Below, piece after piece: positions 60,474 to 64,000 of a stretch of 64,000 bases of DNA. The position numbers and the translations under genes are program-made. The notes beneath the pieces are model-generated. The model ran no database searches, was not told the origin of the DNA, and saw only the letters and a program-made list of their open reading frames with translations. Source of the DNA: Dehalococcoidia bacterium (lineage in GTDB: Bacteria > Chloroflexota > Dehalococcoidia > Lucifugimonadales > UBA3495). The first letter of the stretch is position 1. Each line of letters begins with the position of its first letter. The stretch spans positions 1,221,306-1,285,305 of the forward strand of contig OZ220464.1 of assembly GCA_965115825.1 (NCBI GenBank), in the 5' to 3' direction.

Positions 60474-60890
60474 TTACAGCCCCATCGCCTCCAATCCCAC
60501 CCGCGACAGGTCTTCGTCGGCTTGGCCGCTGGGATAGCCGCCTACGCCGATGCCGCCCAGGATTACGCCATCCTGCATAATCACCAAGCCGCCCTGGCCG
60601 TGAGTCAGGCGCGGGTCGCCCAGGTCGGCAATGTTGCGGCCCTGCGCGTGGAGGCCGGCGGCGTGCTCGCCGGAGTTGCGGCCCATCACCGCCGAGGTGT
60701 ATGCCTTGCGCAGCGCATGGCGGCGGCTGAATATCCGCAGGTTGTCCATCGTCAGATAGGCCAGCAGCTCCCCGCCGGCGTCGCCGATGGCCATGGCCAC
60801 CGGCGCGTCGGGGGTTTCGTTGGCTTTGGCCAGCATTGCATCAATTGCCGCCGTAACCTGTTCGGTAGTCAGCGTGGGTTTCGTTGCCAT
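60474..60890 (-). CDS. GlcG/HbpS-like haem-binding (DUF336) protein
   Basis: 138 aa with GGLVIMQDGVILGGIGVGGYPSGQADE, typical of the DUF336 C-terminus. Confidence 0.8.
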   Translation of the reverse strand: MATKPTLTTEQVTAAIDAMLAKANETPDAPVAMAIGDAGGELLAYLTMDNLRIFSRRHALRKAYTSAVMGRNSGEHAAGLHAQGRNIADLGDPRLTHGQGGLVIMQDGVILGGIGVGGYPSGQADEDLSRVGLEAMGL

Positions 60891-61271
60891 TGGTCAAACC
60901 TCCTGGAATCGTCGGGCGAAATACCTTCCGATGATACCACGCTGGGCCGGCTCGAGCCGGCAAGCTCGGGCGCAGGCGGGATGACGGCGTCGAGCAGCCG
61001 GATTTCCAAAATCAAAGAATACGAGGGGGCAAAGGTCGGAGAGCACGATTTCGCCGCTGTGGCGGTCATCTCAAACCGCTCGGTCACCGGGTGATTGCAG
61101 AGATTGTGCACAAGGCGCGCAACGGAAACGGCGCTATGGGATTTCTGCTTTCGTACCGCGTCGGCATTAGTCCTGTACGGCGCGTCTCGCAATGTATAAT
61201 TTGTCCCCTATTCAGCCGAAATTACCCCAAGGTATGGCATGATTACATACCGGCGACATAGAGGAGACAAT

Positions 61272-62501
61272 ATGCAACCCCTGTCCGATTTGCGCGTTCT
61301 GGCCGTTACCGTGTTCCTCGCCGGGCCTTTTTTGAGTATGACGCTGGCCCGGCTGGGCGCCGAGGTCATCAAGGTGGAGATACCGGGCCGAGGCGACCCG
61401 GTGCGCGGCAACGGCCCCTTCGCCGGGCCCGACGGCATTCACTCCCGGCAGATTTCCGATAAGCACATCGCCACCCGTTTCCTCAAGCGCAGCCAGGGCG
61501 TCAAGAGCGTTACGCTGAACCTGCGCACTGAAAGGGGCCGGCAGCTGTTCCTGGAAATGGCCGGACAATCCGACATCGTGCTGGAAAACCTCGCCCCCGG
61601 CGCTATGACCCGGCTGGGCCTGGGCTACCATGACGTGGCCGCGGTGAATCCCGGCGTCATCTACGCCAGCATCTCCGGCTACGGACAAACCGGCCCTTAT
61701 TCCCAGCAGCCCGCCCACGACCCGCAAATCCAGGGGATGAGCGGCCTTATGGACATCAACGGCGAACCCGACGGCCCGCCGACGCGCGTCGGTTTCTACA
61801 TCGGCGACCTGGTAACGCCAATGTTCGCCGCCACGGCCATTCTGGCCGCCCTGCGGGAAAAAGAACGCACCGGCCAGGGCGCGCACCTTGACGTTTCCAT
61901 GATGGACACCCTCACGTCGCTTATGCTAATGGAAAACTTGGAAGAGGATATCGCCGCCGGCGTTCCGCTGCGCGCCGGCAACAACAGCCGCAGCGGCCCC
62001 ACCGGCCAATACCAGGCCAGCGACGGCGCAGTCATCATCACCGCGGCCAGCGACGACCAGTGGCGTCGCCTCTGCAACGCCATCGGCGCGCCGGAACTGA
62101 TCGACGACGAGCGATTTGCCCGCTATCAGGTTCGTTCCGAAAACGCCGCCGCCGCCCGCGCCCAAGTCCAAGCGCGCATCGGCGAAATGACGCGCGCCCA
62201 GACGCTGGAATGTCTCTCCGACGGCGATGTGCCCTGCGCGCCCGTACGCACCGTGCCGGAGATACTGGCCGACCCGCATTTCCGCGAGCGCGGCGCACTC
62301 CGACCCATGCGCAGCGCCGCGTTCAATGGCGAAGTGGAGCAACAAGTGACAGCCGGCTTCCCCGTCCTGTTTGACGGCCAGCCTCTGCCCGATGTGCCCG
62401 GCGCGCCGGCCATGGGTCAGCATAACGCGACGACGCTCAGCGTACTGTGCGGCGTGGATGAGGAGGAGCTGGAACGCCTGCGAAACGAGGGCGTGGTGTA
62501 G
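61272..62501 (+). CDS. family III CoA-transferase (CaiB/BaiF-like)
   Basis: The ATG follows GAGGAG. Carries LSDLRVLAVTVFLAGPF...LGAEVIKVE and ENLAPG blocks. Confidence 0.9.
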   Translation: MQPLSDLRVLAVTVFLAGPFLSMTLARLGAEVIKVEIPGRGDPVRGNGPFAGPDGIHSRQISDKHIATRFLKRSQGVKSVTLNLRTERGRQLFLEMAGQSDIVLENLAPGAMTRLGLGYHDVAAVNPGVIYASISGYGQTGPYSQQPAHDPQIQGMSGLMDINGEPDGPPTRVGFYIGDLVTPMFAATAILAALREKERTGQGAHLDVSMMDTLTSLMLMENLEEDIAAGVPLRAGNNSRSGPTGQYQASDGAVIITAASDDQWRRLCNAIGAPELIDDERFARYQVRSENAAAARAQVQARIGEMTRAQTLECLSDGDVPCAPVRTVPEILADPHFRERGALRPMRSAAFNGEVEQQVTAGFPVLFDGQPLPDVPGAPAMGQHNATTLSVLCGVDEEELERLRNEGVV

Positions 62502-62547
62502 ATGTGGCCATGCGATTCGCCGGAACCTCGGCGCATCGCCGGTGTTC

Positions 62548-63276
62548 TTACTCCGTTTCCAACTCCTTCAGCAAAATCTGCGCCCAGTGCACATCGCCCC
62601 GTTCTACCAGGCGCTCGATGCCCGGTCTAATCTGCTGAGCCGCCACTACTGCATGCGTCGGCTGTCCGGTGAACCGGGCCAGATAGCCGGCGTTGCGGGT
62701 GGCGCGGTCAACGTCCCGCCAGCCGCCGGTGTAGGAGGCCTCCACGGCGATGTAGTGGCGAGCGCCGCTGTCGCGATGAGCGGCTTCGATGAGGATGTCG
62801 GCGTTTTCAAAGCTGGCCAATTCGTTTGCCGGTATGCCGTCGGTGTCAGCGTCGTCAATCATATTCAGCACATCGTCAAGGTCCAGAAACCGGTACTCCC
62901 GACAGCCAACCACTCTGGAGATGCGCGCGACAATGCGCAACGCGCCATTGCGGGCGTGGGCCGCTCTGATGTGGGCCAGGTCATTCTGAATACGGGTTTG
63001 GCCCGTTTCCAGGGCAAGTAGCCGCCGATCCGTGTTATCGATGAACTTGGTCAGCGTCGCCTCCAAGGCAGCCGACGACGCCTCCAGCGCGGCCAGCGAA
63101 GTCTCCAGAGCCGACATTCGTCGTTCCGAGTTTTCGGCAAATTCGGCAAACGCCCGCGGCAGATCCAGCAGTTCCTGCGACAGCAGCCGGGTGCGGAGGG
63201 CCTCGTTCCACTCCGGACGCTCGTCCAGGATCCTAACCAGATCCTCTATGGTATTTATTGTGGTCATATCAATCAC
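62548..63276 (-). CDS. hypothetical coiled-coil protein with C-terminal restriction-endonuclease-like (D...E-x-S) fold
   Basis: 242 aa. The N-terminal half is heptad-like (ALETSLAALEASSAALEATL). The C-terminal ADILIEA...HYIAVEASYTGGWRDVDRATRNA resembles a family common in cyanobacteria and Chloroflexota. Confidence 0.55.
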   Translation of the reverse strand: MIDMTTINTIEDLVRILDERPEWNEALRTRLLSQELLDLPRAFAEFAENSERRMSALETSLAALEASSAALEATLTKFIDNTDRRLLALETGQTRIQNDLAHIRAAHARNGALRIVARISRVVGCREYRFLDLDDVLNMIDDADTDGIPANELASFENADILIEAAHRDSGARHYIAVEASYTGGWRDVDRATRNAGYLARFTGQPTHAVVAAQQIRPGIERLVERGDVHWAQILLKELETE

Positions 63277-63376
63277 CCCATTTGTTCAATTATATCACCC
63301 ACCCAAGCCAGGGTGAGACCTTCCCAACGGTGATAACATAGAGCCGCCTTGACCTATTTCAGGAGGAATTTTACCT

Positions 63377-64000
63377 ATGCCCCGCATCACCGCCAAACCT
63401 CTGCGCTCCGTAATGTTCGTTCCCGGCAACAAAGAAGACTGGATGCTTAAAGTCCCCCAGTATAGCGCCGATGCCCTAATCCTTGACTTGGAAGACTCGG
63501 TGCCGGAATATGACAAGGACGGCGCCCGCCCTCTGGTAGCCAGGATGATCGACGAACTGTCTCGGCGCGGGCAGACGCTCTTTGTGCGCGTCAACCGCCT
63601 GGAAACTGGATTGACCGGCTTCGACCTGGAAGCGGTCACCCGCCCGGGGCTATACGGCATCCTGCTGCCCAAGGTGGAATCTCCCGCCGATGTGGTGGAG
63701 GCCGACATCCTGCTGCGCTACTTCGAGCGCAAGGCCGGTATGGAGCTGAACACCGTCTGCATCGACCCCGGCCTGGAAACGGCGGCGGGCATCCGTACCG
63801 CCTACGAAATCGCCATGGCGTCGGACCGAGTGGCCCACATGGGCGGCAGCGGCGGCAAAGGCGGCGACACCGCCCGCAGCGTCGGCTACCGCTGGACGCT
63901 AGATGGCGCGGAAACCCTCTACCTGCGCAGCAAAGTACTCATCGACAGCCGCGCCGCCGGCATCCGGTGGCCCATCAGCGGCGGCTGGTTCGACATCCAC
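63377..64000 (+). CDS. HpcH/HpaI aldolase / citrate-lyase beta (CitE)-like protein, 3'-truncated by the window end
   Basis: AGGAGG lies 10 nt upstream. Carries RSVMFVPGNK...ALILDLEDSV...GILLPKVE. The frame is still open at the window end, so it is absent from the ORF track. Confidence 0.8.
   Translation, partial: MPRITAKPLRSVMFVPGNKEDWMLKVPQYSADALILDLEDSVPEYDKDGARPLVARMIDELSRRGQTLFVRVNRLETGLTGFDLEAVTRPGLYGILLPKVESPADVVEADILLRYFERKAGMELNTVCIDPGLETAAGIRTAYEIAMASDRVAHMGGSGGKGGDTARSVGYRWTLDGAETLYLRSKVLIDSRAAGIRWPISGGWFDIH

Noticed and set aside
1-64000. rRNA, tRNA, tmRNA or SRP genes
   Set aside because: Visual scanning of the non-coding stretches found no T-arm GGTTCGAATCC-type motifs, no tmRNA or SRP signature strings, and no rRNA-like blocks. 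A proper tRNAscan/Infernal run is still needed to be sure.

Overview
This is a 64-kb window of a high-GC bacterial chromosome. Hand counts of 60-nt samples give about 73% GC in a core gene and 37-47% in several short islands. Core content: a complete minus-strand SUF Fe-S operon (sufB-C-D-S-U plus a second sufU paralog), ferritin, rph, pncB, galU, panE and sfsA. There is also a fused EtfB-EtfA flavoprotein, two acyl-CoA dehydrogenases, a family III CoA-transferase, a CitE-like lyase (truncated at the window end), four luciferase-like (LLM) oxidoreductases, several alpha/beta hydrolases and SDRs, and an M16 peptidase. A partner-switching signalling cluster is present: STAS, response regulator-PP2C, RsbW-like kinase, solute-binding protein, histidine kinase. 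The gene mix looks Chloroflexota-like, but that is inference only. Nucleic-acid-targeting genes are scattered between the core genes, several in AT-richer islands:
- a type II R-M pair (34-1450)
- a tightly packed four-gene cluster: methyltransferase-HNH fusion, catalytically degenerate HNH paralog, EndoIII-like glycosylase, Uma2 nuclease (29577-32891)
- a single-chain type IIG-like nuclease/methylase followed by a small two-gene TA-like pair (35150-38811)
- a pentapeptide-repeat protein with a TIR-like tail
- an orphan 812-aa GHKL ATPase
- a DExH helicase with a DUF1998 zinc domain
- two tandem Uma2 genes
- an XRE-HTH/NYN protein with its own promoter-operator and an upstream Gly/Arg-rich micro-ORF

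Non-coding structure the genes do not explain: six same-strand copies of a 42-nt GGATTT-periodic element inside C-depleted G/T-rich spacers; a perfect 26-bp inverted repeat bounding a 1.5-kb segment that carries a secreted FN3 gene; a 29-nt direct repeat inside a start-less open frame upstream of the R-M methylase; and a diverged about 370/414-bp tandem duplication across the STAS/response-regulator junction that contains a 21-nt inverted segment. I found no rRNA, tRNA or CRISPR array by eye. All coordinates were indexed by hand, so motif positions may be off by 1-2 nt.
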